Notes: generated by a model not told the origin, from the letters alone. A stretch of 64,000 nucleotides of DNA from Desulfatiglandales bacterium (GCA_963666345.1 OY762721.1:3232001-3296000), one strand, 5' to 3'; counted from the first letter of the stretch, positions 18,891 through 29,510 are shown. Numbers and translations are program-made.

Positions 18891-19580
18891 TTAATGGGCC
18901 TCTTCCATGGCCCCTACAAAATACATGATTGAAAGCAGCATGAAGACCAGGGCCTGAATAAAGCTCACCAGTATCCCCAGAAAAAGTATCGGGAGCGGGG
19001 CCAGATAAAGACCTGCAAGCCCGAAAAGTATCGTGAGAACCATTTCCTTTCCGAAGATATTGCCGAAGAGCCTGACACTGAGCGACATTATCCTGGCGAA
19101 GTGGCCTATCAGCTCTATCGGGAACATAAGCGGGGCGAGCCACCAGACGGGACCGAAGAAGTGTTTGATATATTTGGCCCCGTGAAATTTTATCCCTATG
19201 ATATGCGTGTATACGAATGTACACAGCGCCAGGGAAAGGGTGGTGTTGAGATTCGCCGTAGGAGAATTGAATCCGGGAACGAGTCCTATCAGATTGGAAA
19301 CCAGGATATAGAGAAACACCGTGGCAATAAAGGGAAAGAAGAACCTTCCCTCCGGACCGGTTATCTCGACCATGAAATTTTCAAGTCCTTCAATGATGAC
19401 CTCCAGGACATTCTGTCCCCTGGTCGGGATAAGCTTGACCCCTTTCGCGAAAAGGACGGCGCAAACGATAAGTATTGCCATAATGAGCCACGAGTGAACT
19501 ACATGAGAATTATTATGCGCGAAATGCTCCAGACCGATCGATGAAAGTATGGCGTCTAAAAAGAAAAGAGGATGCTCCAT
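18891..19580 (-). CDS. atpB: ATP synthase F0 subunit a
   Basis: SNLIGLVPG, PTANLN, SLSVRLFGN, IQALVF motifs. Confidence 0.96.
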   Translation of the reverse strand: MEHPLFFLDAILSSIGLEHFAHNNSHVVHSWLIMAILIVCAVLFAKGVKLIPTRGQNVLEVIIEGLENFMVEITGPEGRFFFPFIATVFLYILVSNLIGLVPGFNSPTANLNTTLSLALCTFVYTHIIGIKFHGAKYIKHFFGPVWWLAPLMFPIELIGHFARIMSLSVRLFGNIFGKEMVLTILFGLAGLYLAPLPILFLGILVSFIQALVFMLLSIMYFVGAMEEAH

Positions 19581-19583
19581 TAT

Positions 19584-19976
19584 CTAAATCGCCTCCCTGG
19601 ATGATGGTTTCCAAATTCTGATGATACCCAGACAAAGGATACTTAAGACGATAACTGAAAGACCTATTACAAGGCCGACAGGATGGATCCATTCCCTGCT
19701 GACGAGAAGATATATGATTATTCCCATTACGGCAAGGCGAAGATAGCATTTCCCGATTATAACGGCCTTTTTCGCACGAAAGGTGCCGTCCTGGGCAAAA
19801 CCGTTACGGATGGTCTTCTGAAAAAAATGAAAATTCAGAATTATGAGCAGGCCACCGAGTATTATGCCCATTGTAAAGGATTCGGGCATAAGCATGAAAC
19901 TAACCGAGGCGAGGCCCAGGAGAACTAACCAGTTAAGGATCTTGAGGTTGCTGAACGCTTTCTGCCAATCCATCAA
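19584..19976 (-). CDS. atpI: ATP synthase protein I
   Basis: Four-TM protein immediately upstream of atpB. Confidence 0.75.
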   Translation of the reverse strand: MMDWQKAFSNLKILNWLVLLGLASVSFMLMPESFTMGIILGGLLIILNFHFFQKTIRNGFAQDGTFRAKKAVIIGKCYLRLAVMGIIIYLLVSREWIHPVGLVIGLSVIVLSILCLGIIRIWKPSSREAI

Positions 19977-20191
19977 AGCTTTTTCGCCCTTTTGTAAAGG
20001 ATATAAAGATTCCTGAAGGCAGCCGCTATTCCAAAGCCTAGAAAAATGAGCGAAAACCAGGGCTGGGTATTGAACCTTTTGTCGATATAATAACCCACAA
20101 GCGCCCCGATTGCTATTGACAATGCCATGGCGAACCCGATGGAACTGAGGGATCCTAGGGTCTTGATAGCCTTTTTAAGGTCTTCATCCAT
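19973..20191 (-). CDS. AtpZ/AtpI family protein
   Basis: G..IGALVGYYIDKRFNTQPWF.LIFLGFG..AAF pattern; first gene of the atp F0 cluster. Confidence 0.85.
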   Translation of the reverse strand: MDEDLKKAIKTLGSLSSIGFAMALSIAIGALVGYYIDKRFNTQPWFSLIFLGFGIAAAFRNLYILYKRAKKL

Positions 20192-20280
20192 TTGTCGGAT
20201 CGGGGCTGCTACCTTTTTCGGTAGGTGAAAAACCGAACTGTGTTTATCACAAAATTCCCTTTCTGGTCAACACCTTTTTC

Positions 20281-21561
20281 TTACATCGAACGCATGACCG
20301 CCCCCGCCTTTTCAACCGTATCCCGAATAATTTCCTCGGTATGCGCGGTGGACAGCAGCATGAGTTCATATGGCGAAGGGGCGATGTAGACTCCTCTGGA
20401 AAGCATTCCCCTGTAAAATCTGGCGTAAAGATCTGCGCTTCCCGCCTTTGCGGTGGAAAAATCATAAACAGGAGATGAAGAAAAAAACAGGGTACCCATG
20501 GATCCTATGTGGTTTACGACTGCGGGAACCCCAGCCTTTTTCGCCTCCGCTTCAAGGCCTGAAAAGAACATGTCTCCTATCTTCTGAAGGTACTCATAGG
20601 GCGGATCGTTTTTAAGCACGTTCAGTGTGGCAAGTCCTGCGGCCATCGCAAGCGGGTTGCCCGACAGGGTGCCGGCCTGATAGATGTTACCTTCGGGCGC
20701 CATCTTTGACATGATATCGGCCCTTCCACCGTATGCCCCCACGGGGAGACCTCCTCCGATGATTTTGCCGAGGCATGTTATATCAGGGGGTATCCCGAAT
20801 AGGGACTGGGCGCCTCCCGGGGCCACCCTGAATCCGCTTATTACCTCGTCAAATATGAGGAGCGCCCCGTTATCGGTCGTCAGGGTCCTGAGACCTTCCA
20901 GAAATTCCCTGTCGGGAATTACCAGCCCCATGTTCCCGGGGATAGGCTCAAGAATGACCGCTGCTATTTCACTTCCCATATCGGCGAATATCTTTTTTGC
21001 CTCATCCAGGCTGTTGAACGGAAGTGATATGGTGTGCCTGGCAAGGTCTTTGGGAACCCCGGGGCTTCCGGGGATTCCGAAAGTGGCAACACCTGAACCA
21101 GCCTCTACCAGCAGGCTGTCACCATGACCGTGATAACATCCGTCGAATTTGATTATCTTTTCCCTGCCGGTGTATCCTCTGGCAAGCCTAATTGCGCTCA
21201 TTGCGGCCTCTGTGCCGGAGTTGACCATCCGGATCATTTCTATGGACGGCATCATTTCCACAATGAGTTCGGCCATCTCAATCTCCAGTTCGGTGGGGGC
21301 CCCGTAGCTCGTCCCTTTTGCAAGCTGGGTCTTAACGGCATCCGTCACGTCGGGATGCCCGTGACCCAGGATCATCGGTCCCCAGGAACAGACATAGTCA
21401 TTATATTCGTTTCCATCCGCGTCCTTGATGACGCATCCCCTGGCCCCGGTAATAAAGGGGGGTACCGCTCCTACAGCCTTTCCGGCCCTGACGGGGCTGT
21501 TTACCCCTCCGGGGATGAGTTTTTTTGCCTTTTTAAACAATATTTCCGATTTTGATGACAT
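20281..21561 (-). CDS. hemL: Glutamate-1-semialdehyde 2,1-aminomutase
   Basis: PGGVNSPVRA, NSGTEA, GCYHGH, FDEV, GKIIGGGLPVGAYGG, YQAGTLSGNP. Confidence 0.97.
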   Translation of the reverse strand: MSSKSEILFKKAKKLIPGGVNSPVRAGKAVGAVPPFITGARGCVIKDADGNEYNDYVCSWGPMILGHGHPDVTDAVKTQLAKGTSYGAPTELEIEMAELIVEMMPSIEMIRMVNSGTEAAMSAIRLARGYTGREKIIKFDGCYHGHGDSLLVEAGSGVATFGIPGSPGVPKDLARHTISLPFNSLDEAKKIFADMGSEIAAVILEPIPGNMGLVIPDREFLEGLRTLTTDNGALLIFDEVISGFRVAPGGAQSLFGIPPDITCLGKIIGGGLPVGAYGGRADIMSKMAPEGNIYQAGTLSGNPLAMAAGLATLNVLKNDPPYEYLQKIGDMFFSGLEAEAKKAGVPAVVNHIGSMGTLFFSSSPVYDFSTAKAGSADLYARFYRGMLSRGVYIAPSPYELMLLSTAHTEEIIRDTVEKAGAVMRSM

Positions 21562-21648
21562 TCGCCTACCTCTTAGATTTTTTCGTTATAAAAATGTTCT
21601 TCTTAAAGCCGGTTGGGTAAAAGTTGCCCTGTGCCGCCCCTGTTATCC

Positions 21649-22113
21649 CTAAAAATACTCCATGCTCGTCTTTTTAAACTCCTTTTCACTGAAAAGCAGT
21701 ATATAATCGTCTATTTCGATTAAACTGGACATGTCTTCGGCAATGTCATAGCATTGCTGCCTGCTGTTTCCATGTACCATGGTATAGAGATTGTAGGGCC
21801 AGTCCCTGTGTGGGACCCTCTGGTAGCAATGGGTGACCTCCCGGAATTCCGCCATCTTAGTTCCGACTTCGTCCACCCGGTGTTCCGGAACCTTCCATGC
21901 GATCATGGCATTTGAGCTGAAACCCGCCTCCTGATGTCTCAGGGTTGCGCCGAATCTCCTTATGATATTGCGTTTCTTGAGTCTTTTTACTGTATCGATG
22001 AATTCCTGCTCGCTTATGCCGATCTTTTGGGCAAGGATTTTAAAGGGTTTTTTGTGAAGGGGTATGTCACCCTGGATATGAGAAATAATTTTTTTTTCCA
22101 GCTCTTTGGGCAT
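21649..22113 (-). CDS. ahbB: Siroheme decarboxylase subunit (Lrp/AsnC-like, AhbB/NirH type)
   Basis: RRFGATLRHQEAGF..NAM..W, VTHCYQR, WPYNLYTMVHG, EFKKTSM. Confidence 0.8.
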   Translation of the reverse strand: MPKELEKKIISHIQGDIPLHKKPFKILAQKIGISEQEFIDTVKRLKKRNIIRRFGATLRHQEAGFSSNAMIAWKVPEHRVDEVGTKMAEFREVTHCYQRVPHRDWPYNLYTMVHGNSRQQCYDIAEDMSSLIEIDDYILLFSEKEFKKTSMEYF

Positions 22114-22508
22114 GATTCACCTGTAAAATTGCTGTTTACCCCGGTCCCTTTACAAGACAGTAATATGTAATGCGCGAGTATATTGAGCAAGCAGGATATC
22201 ATGACCCTGATCCACCATCAAGAAATGATATGCCGCTTAAATAATGTAATGCTCAATCGCGGCTGCCCGGCGTCCTGCATCAATCATCTTACCTGTGCCC
22301 GGGGTTAAACCGGAATCGTGGGCCATGTTTGATCTTATTTTTATCAGTTGCCGGGTCTTGGGGTGCCTGGAAATGAGATTCAGGCCATAGGGGTATGCCG
22401 CAAGATAAAAAAACATGGGTTGATTTGCGGGGCAATCTCCTTTTAGTATTTGATTTATTGTGGGAATATCGGATAGTATCTCCTTTGTCAAGACAGATGC
22501 GGTTAATC

Positions 22509-22602
22509 TTGACGGCTTCGTAAAAAGTCCAACTGCCGTCCGACGGGCTCACGGCGTATGAACTTTCTATTGTGCCGTCTCTAATTTTTACGAATGCATT
22601 AA
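22509..22602. mobile_element. MITE-like intergenic element, shorter copy 2
   Basis: Starts TTGACGGCTTCGTAAAAAGTCCAACTG (identical to 5006-5032), shares TGTGCCGT, ends TTTTTACGAATGCATTAA; AATCTT at both junctions. Confidence 0.75.
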
Positions 22603-22751
22603 TCTTCCCCGTTATTCCCACAGAGCGATTTCGCATGGATTGATGGAGGACCAAAAGACCTGAACCGGACCTTAAGTCGCATTGATTCAACCAAAAGGGA
22701 AACGTGACAGACCGGGAGCAGGGATTTGCGGCCCTGCATGAGGTATTTTTG

Positions 22752-23129
22752 ATGCCTGTTTTTCAGAAGATCGTTGAAAAGAGAATAAAAGAGGCGCAGG
22801 AAAGAGGAGAATTCAATGACCTGCCCGGTAGCGGGAAACCTCTCGAGATCGAAGATGACAGTCGTATACCGGAAGAGCTCAGGCTTGCCCACAAGATACT
22901 CAAGAACGCCGACTGCCTTCCTCCTGACCTGCAGCTGAGAAAGGAGATACGGCAGATGGAGGATATGCTCGATAATATACCGGATGAGAAAGAAAGGTAT
23001 CTTCATATAAAGAAGATTAATTTCAAGATAATGAAGCTTAACATGATGGGCAAAAGTTCCCCTTTTTTAGAGGAGAATCAGATATACTATAAAAAGGTAT
23101 TGGAGAAAACAGGAGACAAGTACCCCTGA
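22752..23129 (+). CDS. DUF1992 domain protein
   Basis: IVEKRIKEAQERGEFNDLPGSGKPL...ELRLAHKILKNA..LPP. Confidence 0.85.
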   Translation: MPVFQKIVEKRIKEAQERGEFNDLPGSGKPLEIEDDSRIPEELRLAHKILKNADCLPPDLQLRKEIRQMEDMLDNIPDEKERYLHIKKINFKIMKLNMMGKSSPFLEENQIYYKKVLEKTGDKYP

Positions 23130-23342
23130 GTCATCATCAGGGTACGCCTGACTCGGCACTGCCCGGCATACTGCCGGCGAAACGGCGGGGCAGACCGAAA
23201 TCCCTTGGGTCGACGTGATACTGCGGATTTTGGGGCAAGGGACGCTAAGAGTAACGGATAGGAGATTTGCATGAACCGGTTATGCAAACAGGAGGGGGTT
23301 CAGCAGACGCTGGATCAAATTAATTGAAAGGAGTGATTTTTT

Positions 23343-24593
23343 ATGGAATGTGATTTTAATGCCTTTAAGATTGCACAGGAACAACTGGATGATGCCGCGG
23401 AGACTCTGGGGCTTGATGAGGCAACCCATGAACTGCTGCGCTGGCCGATGCAGGAGATCAAATTTACCATGCCTGTGAGGATGGATGACGGTTCCACCAA
23501 GATATTTCATGGGTTCAGGATAAAATACAACACGGCCAGGGGGCCTGCAAAGGGGGGCATCCGCTGGCATCCTGATGAGACCATAGATACGGTACGGGCC
23601 CTTTCCGCGTGGATGACCTGGAAGACCTCGGTTGTGGATATCCCGCTTGGAGGAGGAAAGGGCGGAATTATTTGCAACCCCAAGGAGATGTCCGAAACCG
23701 AAAAGGAAAGGCTCGCAAGGGCCTATGTAAGGGCCATAGCAAGGGAGATAGGGGTCACAAAGGATGTGCCCGCCCCAGACGTATACACGACACCTCAGAT
23801 CATGGGCTGGATGATGGATGAGTTTGAGACCATCACGGGTGAAAAGCATCCCGGGGTAATAACGGGAAAACCGATACCGCTCGGCGGCTCGCAGGGAAGA
23901 GGGGACGCCACCGCAAGGGGTGGAGTCTATGTGGCCCAGGAGGCATCCAAGGCGCTCGGGATAGAGCTCAAGGGTGAGGCAATGGCCGTCCAGGGCTTTG
24001 GAAACGCGGGTCAGTTCGCGGCCAGACTTGGCGAAAAGATCCTCGGCATGAAGTTAGTGGCCGCCTCCGATTCAAAGGGCGGGGTCTATAACAGCAAGGG
24101 CCTCAACGTGGAAGAACTTATCTCTCACAAGGAGATAAACGGCAGTGTCACAGGCTTTAAGGGAGCGGAGGCGATCAGTAACGAAGAGCTGCTCGAGATG
24201 GAGGTGCCGATGCTCTTCCCCGCAGCACTTGAAAACGTGATAACCGAGGAAAACGCCCCGAGGCTCAAATGCAAGATCCTGTGCGAACTTGCAAACGGCC
24301 CCACAACTCCTGAGGCGGACGACATCCTTTTTGAAAAAGGGATCTTCGTGCTGCCCGACTTTCTGGCGAACGCGGGCGGGGTTACTGTTTCCTACCTCGA
24401 GCAGGTGCAGAATACCTATAACCTCTACTGGGAGATAGATGAGATCCACTGGAGGCTGAAGGAAAAGATGACCCGCGCCTTTAAGAGCGTATACGAGATG
24501 AGCAAGAACAAGAATACCGATATGCGCAAGGCTGCATATCTGGTGGCCGTTGCAAGGGTTGCCGAGGCGTGCAAGCTGAGAGGCTGGGTATAG
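23343..24593 (+). CDS. gdhA: Glu/Leu/Phe/Val dehydrogenase (glutamate dehydrogenase)
   Basis: GPAKGGIR, MTWK, GGGKGG, DVPAPD, QGFGNAG, ANGP, ANAGGV. Confidence 0.92.
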   Translation: MECDFNAFKIAQEQLDDAAETLGLDEATHELLRWPMQEIKFTMPVRMDDGSTKIFHGFRIKYNTARGPAKGGIRWHPDETIDTVRALSAWMTWKTSVVDIPLGGGKGGIICNPKEMSETEKERLARAYVRAIAREIGVTKDVPAPDVYTTPQIMGWMMDEFETITGEKHPGVITGKPIPLGGSQGRGDATARGGVYVAQEASKALGIELKGEAMAVQGFGNAGQFAARLGEKILGMKLVAASDSKGGVYNSKGLNVEELISHKEINGSVTGFKGAEAISNEELLEMEVPMLFPAALENVITEENAPRLKCKILCELANGPTTPEADDILFEKGIFVLPDFLANAGGVTVSYLEQVQNTYNLYWEIDEIHWRLKEKMTRAFKSVYEMSKNKNTDMRKAAYLVAVARVAEACKLRGWV

Positions 24594-24642
24594 GGCGAAC
24601 TCGAATATCAGGTTGAGCCCGAAGAGGGTCGGTTGTTGAAAT

Positions 24643-24710
24643 CGGGATTCACGGGGTAAAGGATTCGAGTCAGGCACTTGGACACTTGACCCCTGGAATC
24701 CCCGGGCCCT
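24643..24710. repeat. Degenerate octamer repeats in inverted arrangement, no internal gene
   Basis: GGGATTCA CGGGGTAA AGGATTCG AGT ... ACTTGGAC ACTTGACC CCTGGAAT CCCCGGGC; same family as 14565-14644. Confidence 0.55.
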
Positions 24711-24787
24711 TTTTCAACTATTACGTGGAACAATTTAAGGTCATTTAGGTAGCTTTGACCGCTTTTGCAGGAATGGCTTTTTTTTGA

Positions 24788-25498
24788 ATGGAAAGACTAG
24801 ATCAGAAAATGCATGAAAGATATGTGAAGGCTCTGATGGATATAAGCCAGGCCATCACCTCGGATCTGTACATCGAAGATATCCTCAAGCTGATAGTCAT
24901 GGTAACTGCCAAGGTTACCGGGGTGGAGATCTGCTCTTTATGGTTGATGGATGAGACTCATAGGCCGCCCATGATGAGGCTCAAGGCGACCCAGGCCCTT
25001 GACCCCGTCTACATGAAGGACAGGTCCCTAAATATGGACGAGGGTGTCGTGGGATACGTCGCCACCACCAATGAACCTCTTATCCTTAAGGAGCTCATGA
25101 AGGAGCCCCGGTTCAAGGAAAAGGAGATGGCCAAAAAACTGGGCCTTGTTTCCATGGTAAGCGTGCCCCTCCATGTCAAGGAGGAAAAGGTCATAGGTGT
25201 GCTTAACTGCTTTACCTCCGAGCCTCATGCGTTTTCCGAAACAGAGGTGAACCTCATAACAACGGTGGCCAATCAGGCGGCAATCGCCATCCATAACACC
25301 AGGCTTATAGTCCGTACAAAGGTGATTGAGGAGGAACTGGAGGCCAGAAAAGATATTGAAAAGGCCAAGGAGATACTGATGACGAAAAAGGATCTTCCGG
25401 CCGACAAGGCCTTCAGGTGGCTCCAGAAAAAAAGCATGGACACAAGACAGTCGATAAGAAAGATCGCCGAGGCGGTAATCATTTCACAGGACCTTTAG
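24788..25498 (+). CDS. GAF and ANTAR domain protein (putative RNA-binding antiterminator)
   Basis: GAF (EGVVGYVA...SVPL...IGVLN...ANQAAIAI) plus ANTAR (RKDIEKAKEILM...AFRWLQKKSMDTRQSIRKIAEAVI). Confidence 0.9.
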   Translation: MERLDQKMHERYVKALMDISQAITSDLYIEDILKLIVMVTAKVTGVEICSLWLMDETHRPPMMRLKATQALDPVYMKDRSLNMDEGVVGYVATTNEPLILKELMKEPRFKEKEMAKKLGLVSMVSVPLHVKEEKVIGVLNCFTSEPHAFSETEVNLITTVANQAAIAIHNTRLIVRTKVIEEELEARKDIEKAKEILMTKKDLPADKAFRWLQKKSMDTRQSIRKIAEAVIISQDL

Positions 25499-25615
25499 CA
25501 GGTCCCCATCCCATATAACTTCTAATGCGCTGCGGCACGGGCGCTCTTCTTTCGCTTGGTTTGTCGATCGTTTGGACATATAGGATTCTAGGGCTCAAGG
25601 GGCCGAGGGGTCAAG
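25342..25615 (+). repeat. Direct repeat, left copy (ANTAR gene 3' end plus downstream DNA)
   Basis: Matches 41754-42015; 4 mismatches over the 157 coding bp, more diverged downstream. Confidence 0.93.
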
Positions 25616-25972
25616 CGTTTCACGTATTTTTCTCCAATACTCAAAACAAATAACCGTCCCAGCCTCACCCCTTAAATGACACCAGGTTTTGAGCCGGTCT
25701 TTTCCCCAGAACAAATTATCTCTCATATTTGAAAGAAAGACACCTGCATCCAAGGCAAACATGGATATGCCGAATATGTCTATAATTTTTAGGGTGGAAG
25801 ATATCCTGTCGGGTTGAAATGAAATCACGGTTCGATTGTCGGCCTACAGAATATCTTTATTATTTTTGGTAGAGATTTCACTGTTGGAATTAATTATAGG
25901 TAATGTTAATATAAATTATTAATGCTAGGGCTTAATTACAGAGACCTCTATTTTTGTTGAAATATTAAAAAG

Positions 25973-27103
25973 ATGAATGAGGCGATGATGGGTTTTTTGG
26001 GTTCTTTTATGGAATTTGAAATCGTCGGCAATAAATTATGGCGTATTATTGCGCTATTTGGAATTATACTTATTTCATTTATTCTTGGAAAGATCCTGAA
26101 GTATATCCTACAAAAATCGGCCGTCAGGGTAGAAAACCTTCAGCGCAGGGTATTAGGGGCAACATTAGATGCTTCCAGTCGTGGAATAGTTTTTTTATTC
26201 TCTGCTTTTGGAATTTCCCTTGGGCTAGCTTTTTTAGAATTAAAGTCCAAAGTAGTTGCAATATCGGAAGTTGCAAGCGCAATCCTTGTGAGCATTGGTA
26301 TCGGTTATTTTCTATTCTGGCTGGTGGAGATTCCCAGTAGATGGCTAGCTGAAATTGCGGAAAAAACCGAGAGCAAGCTGGATGACACTCTGGTTCCTAT
26401 CATAAGAAAAAGCCTGCGAATCACCATAATCATTCTTGTTCTAGTTCAGATTGCTCAAACATTGAGTGATAAACCCATTACTTCAATCATTGCGTGTTTG
26501 GGGATTGGTGGCCTTGCCTTTGCTCTAGCAGCACAAGACACGATCAAAAATTTTTTTGGCTTTATTGTGCTTTTAATTGATAAACCATTTAAGATCGGCG
26601 ACCGTGTTGTTTTTGAAGGTCATGACGGGCCTGTTGAAGAGATGGGTTTTCGTTCAACGAAAATTAGGACATTGGATGGTCATCTTGTGGCGGTTCCGAA
26701 TGGTCAGCTTGCCAACCAGGTCATAAGGAATATAACAAGCCGTCCATTTATTAAACGGACGGTCAATTTGACAATTACCTACGATACACCACCTGAAAAA
26801 ATTGACCGTGCCGTTGAGATTCTTAAAGAGATTTTGGATAACCACGACGGAATGGCTGAAAAGCGTCCGCCGCATATCTATTTCAATGATTTTAACGCAG
26901 ATTCTCTCAATATCATTGTGATTTACTGGTACCACCCTCCCGATTATTGGGATTACATGGCTTTTTCTGAAAAGTTTAATAAAGAAGTTTTTCGAAGGTT
27001 TAATGAAGAAAAAATTGATTTCGCATTTCCGACCCAAACAGTATATTTGGCAGGAGATCCCTCACGACCTTTAGATATCGGGATCAATAAGGAAGGTGCT
27101 TGA
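25973..27103 (+). CDS. Small-conductance mechanosensitive channel (MscS family)
   Basis: LGIGGLAFALAAQDTIKNFFG, PFKIGD, GFRSTKIRT, VPNG, FAFPTQT. Confidence 0.92.
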   Translation: MNEAMMGFLGSFMEFEIVGNKLWRIIALFGIILISFILGKILKYILQKSAVRVENLQRRVLGATLDASSRGIVFLFSAFGISLGLAFLELKSKVVAISEVASAILVSIGIGYFLFWLVEIPSRWLAEIAEKTESKLDDTLVPIIRKSLRITIIILVLVQIAQTLSDKPITSIIACLGIGGLAFALAAQDTIKNFFGFIVLLIDKPFKIGDRVVFEGHDGPVEEMGFRSTKIRTLDGHLVAVPNGQLANQVIRNITSRPFIKRTVNLTITYDTPPEKIDRAVEILKEILDNHDGMAEKRPPHIYFNDFNADSLNIIVIYWYHPPDYWDYMAFSEKFNKEVFRRFNEEKIDFAFPTQTVYLAGDPSRPLDIGINKEGA

Positions 27104-27379
27104 TCAGATCATGACGCCATATCATACGCGAAGATTTCGTTCGGCCTACACCGCAGAGTTCCAGACAAGAGGATTAATCTTCTTATATTTAGCAACTTTA
27201 ACGGTTATAACAGGCATTACCCTGCATATTTTATGAAGATATTATTCATTTTCAAATTCCATCTATAGTTCACTGTTTTATAGTCTTTATTTTTTGGTGC
27301 TGATATCTTTTTTGCACTCTGAATAAGATGGTCTCTTTTCCCTTTCAAAAAAAAATATATCAAAACGGAGTAATCGACT

Positions 27380-28381
27380 ATGTCAGGAACAGATGTGTTG
27401 ATTATGGCCATCTTTTTGATTGGTCTTTTGGGATTCTCAGCTTTTTTTTCAGGGTCCGAGACGGCCCTCATGTCCATTAGCAGGCTCCGGCTAAGACATC
27501 TGGTCAAAACAAAACCAATGCGAGTGAAGCTTGTCGAGCGTGTTTTGAAAAGACCTGAAAAGCTCATCGGGACTATTCTACTGGGAAACAACCTCGTAAA
27601 TGTGGCAATGTCGGCTATTGCAACTGCGCTTGCCATCTCCATGTGGGGAGACAAGGGCATCGTCTATGTAACAATTGTCTTGACCTTTGCAATTTTGATA
27701 TTTGCCGAGATTACTCCGAAGGTTTATGCAAAATATTTTAACGAACGCGTCTCTTTTCTTACCGCACCCATTCTCAACATACTCATGATTTTTTTAAATC
27801 CTGTCGTAATTATCGTGACCTATCTCAGCGGCAGGATTCTATTTTTATGTGGTATTGATGTGTCCAAGATCGAAAAACCTCTGATGAGTGAAGATGAAGT
27901 TCTCACATGCATTAAGATGGGCTGGAGCGACGGTACGATTACCTCTGAAGAAAGACTTATGCTTTCAAGGGTTTTCACTTTAAATGACAAAGCCGTTGGT
28001 GATGTAATGATACCGAAAGAAAAAGTGATGAGTATCGATTCTGATGCACCCCTTGAAAAGATTTACAATGTCATCGTAAGGACGGGGCACAGCCGTTTTC
28101 CTGTAGGGGATATCAATAAGTCGGATTTCATAGGTTTTATTCATGTAAAGGACCTTTTCCGAGTGAAAGATGAAAAAGGCGCTGACTTTTTAAAAGATTT
28201 TATAAGGCCTCCTTACTTTGTGCCGGAAAACAAAAAAATTGATGCCCAGCTAAGGGATTTTCAAGCGCAGAAACTTCATCAAGCCATTGTTAAAAAAGCT
28301 GATGGTTCCATTACTGGTTTGATTACTCTGGAAGATATCCTGGAGGAACTTGTAGGAAGTATCCAGGATGAGCATGATTAG
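27380..28381 (+). CDS. CNNM (DUF21)-CBS domain protein
   Basis: SAFFSGSETAL, TILLGNNLVN, FAEITPK, HSRFPV, GLITLEDILEELVG; ends without the CorC/HlyC domain. Confidence 0.9.
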   Translation: MSGTDVLIMAIFLIGLLGFSAFFSGSETALMSISRLRLRHLVKTKPMRVKLVERVLKRPEKLIGTILLGNNLVNVAMSAIATALAISMWGDKGIVYVTIVLTFAILIFAEITPKVYAKYFNERVSFLTAPILNILMIFLNPVVIIVTYLSGRILFLCGIDVSKIEKPLMSEDEVLTCIKMGWSDGTITSEERLMLSRVFTLNDKAVGDVMIPKEKVMSIDSDAPLEKIYNVIVRTGHSRFPVGDINKSDFIGFIHVKDLFRVKDEKGADFLKDFIRPPYFVPENKKIDAQLRDFQAQKLHQAIVKKADGSITGLITLEDILEELVGSIQDEHD

Positions 28382-28404
28382 ACAACTCAAGCAAGGAGGA
28401 AAAA

Positions 28405-29442
28405 ATGTCAGCGAATTCAAAGGGATTGGATAGAAGGAATTTTCTGAAATTTGCAGCACTTGCAACCGGTGGCGCCGCATTACACGGCAGTTTGTCTTTC
28501 CCGGGTGCGGCTCAGGCAGGTGAAGAACCGGAAAGCCCGATTTATCTCGCTCTGAACATGTCCAAGGTGTCCAATAATGAGGAAAGTTTCAGGCTGATGA
28601 AAAAGGTCGGTCCGAAGGTCTGCATTACCACTGCGACCCATTCGGGATTTGTCGGCTTTCAGGCAAACATCCAGACAGGCATACTGCCTCTTGCCGGCAG
28701 ATATGGGGGCGGCAAGGTGCATATGGAAAAGGAACTTAATCCCATACGAAACTATCAATACACCATGTGGAGACACTGGCAGGATCATGATGATTTTCAT
28801 CAAAAGCAGTTTAACCGTATCTTCGAGCTCTGCGGAAGCTGCCTGGGTATGGTGATAGAAGGGCCTTGGGAGCCTGTCTACAGGATTGTAAAGGCAAAGA
28901 TGGTTCCTATAAGGTCAATGGGGCAGATTGTCGATCTGGCAGGGGATATCCGGCAGAAAAAGGACTTTATTCGTTTTGCCACACCACGGAGATGCGTGGC
29001 CATGGCCGAACATACGGTGATGCCTGGAAAAGAGAAGGAATTCGAACAGGGGGCGATTGCAACAATGGAGGCACTGTCCGATTCCACCGGGTTTCTTGGG
29101 TATATGATTCTTAAGCAGATCGGGGTCTGCGCCCTTGGAAGCTTCATGATGGATCCTAAGTCAATGGCTGAAAGCCTTCAAACCTTGGGTGCCAATCCGC
29201 CGGAAAATCCCAGGCCCCTGTTCGAGACTCCCAGTGCTAGGCCTAGTCCACCTGAATATCTTATACACAGCGAATGGGATGCAGCGGAAATGGCGCAACT
29301 GGGTTTTGCCAAAGTCCTTGTAAATAACAGGATCAGGAAGATTCATGATGACGGGGTCATGGCTCACTTGATTAGAGGGCCTTATATAATGTTCTTCCAG
29401 CCGATGATGGAGGAGCCGGGCTGGAGGTCTATGATCTCCTAG
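28405..29442 (+). CDS. sor: Sulfur oxygenase/reductase (SOR) family protein with Tat signal peptide
   Basis: DRRNFLK Tat motif and AQA cleavage site; SOR motifs VGPKVC, GFVGFQ, RYGG, W..W.DH.D.H (H-x3-H), CGSC, GPWEP.Y. Confidence 0.88.
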   Translation: MSANSKGLDRRNFLKFAALATGGAALHGSLSFPGAAQAGEEPESPIYLALNMSKVSNNEESFRLMKKVGPKVCITTATHSGFVGFQANIQTGILPLAGRYGGGKVHMEKELNPIRNYQYTMWRHWQDHDDFHQKQFNRIFELCGSCLGMVIEGPWEPVYRIVKAKMVPIRSMGQIVDLAGDIRQKKDFIRFATPRRCVAMAEHTVMPGKEKEFEQGAIATMEALSDSTGFLGYMILKQIGVCALGSFMMDPKSMAESLQTLGANPPENPRPLFETPSARPSPPEYLIHSEWDAAEMAQLGFAKVLVNNRIRKIHDDGVMAHLIRGPYIMFFQPMMEEPGWRSMIS

Positions 29443-29510
29443 ATACTGAAGACCGGCATTCATTCGGATTTTGAGCAAACGGAGACTTTGACAACGGAGA
29501 GGCTTAAACA

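Noticed and set aside
23130..23342. ANTAR-binding dual-hairpin RNA upstream of gdhA
   Set aside because: Small GC hairpins are present, but I could not find two hexaloop stems with the A1/G4 pattern followed by a terminator
25595..25828. 77-aa minus-strand ORF at the island's left edge
   Set aside because: No recognisable family; ends within the octamer repeat; cannot be supported as a gene
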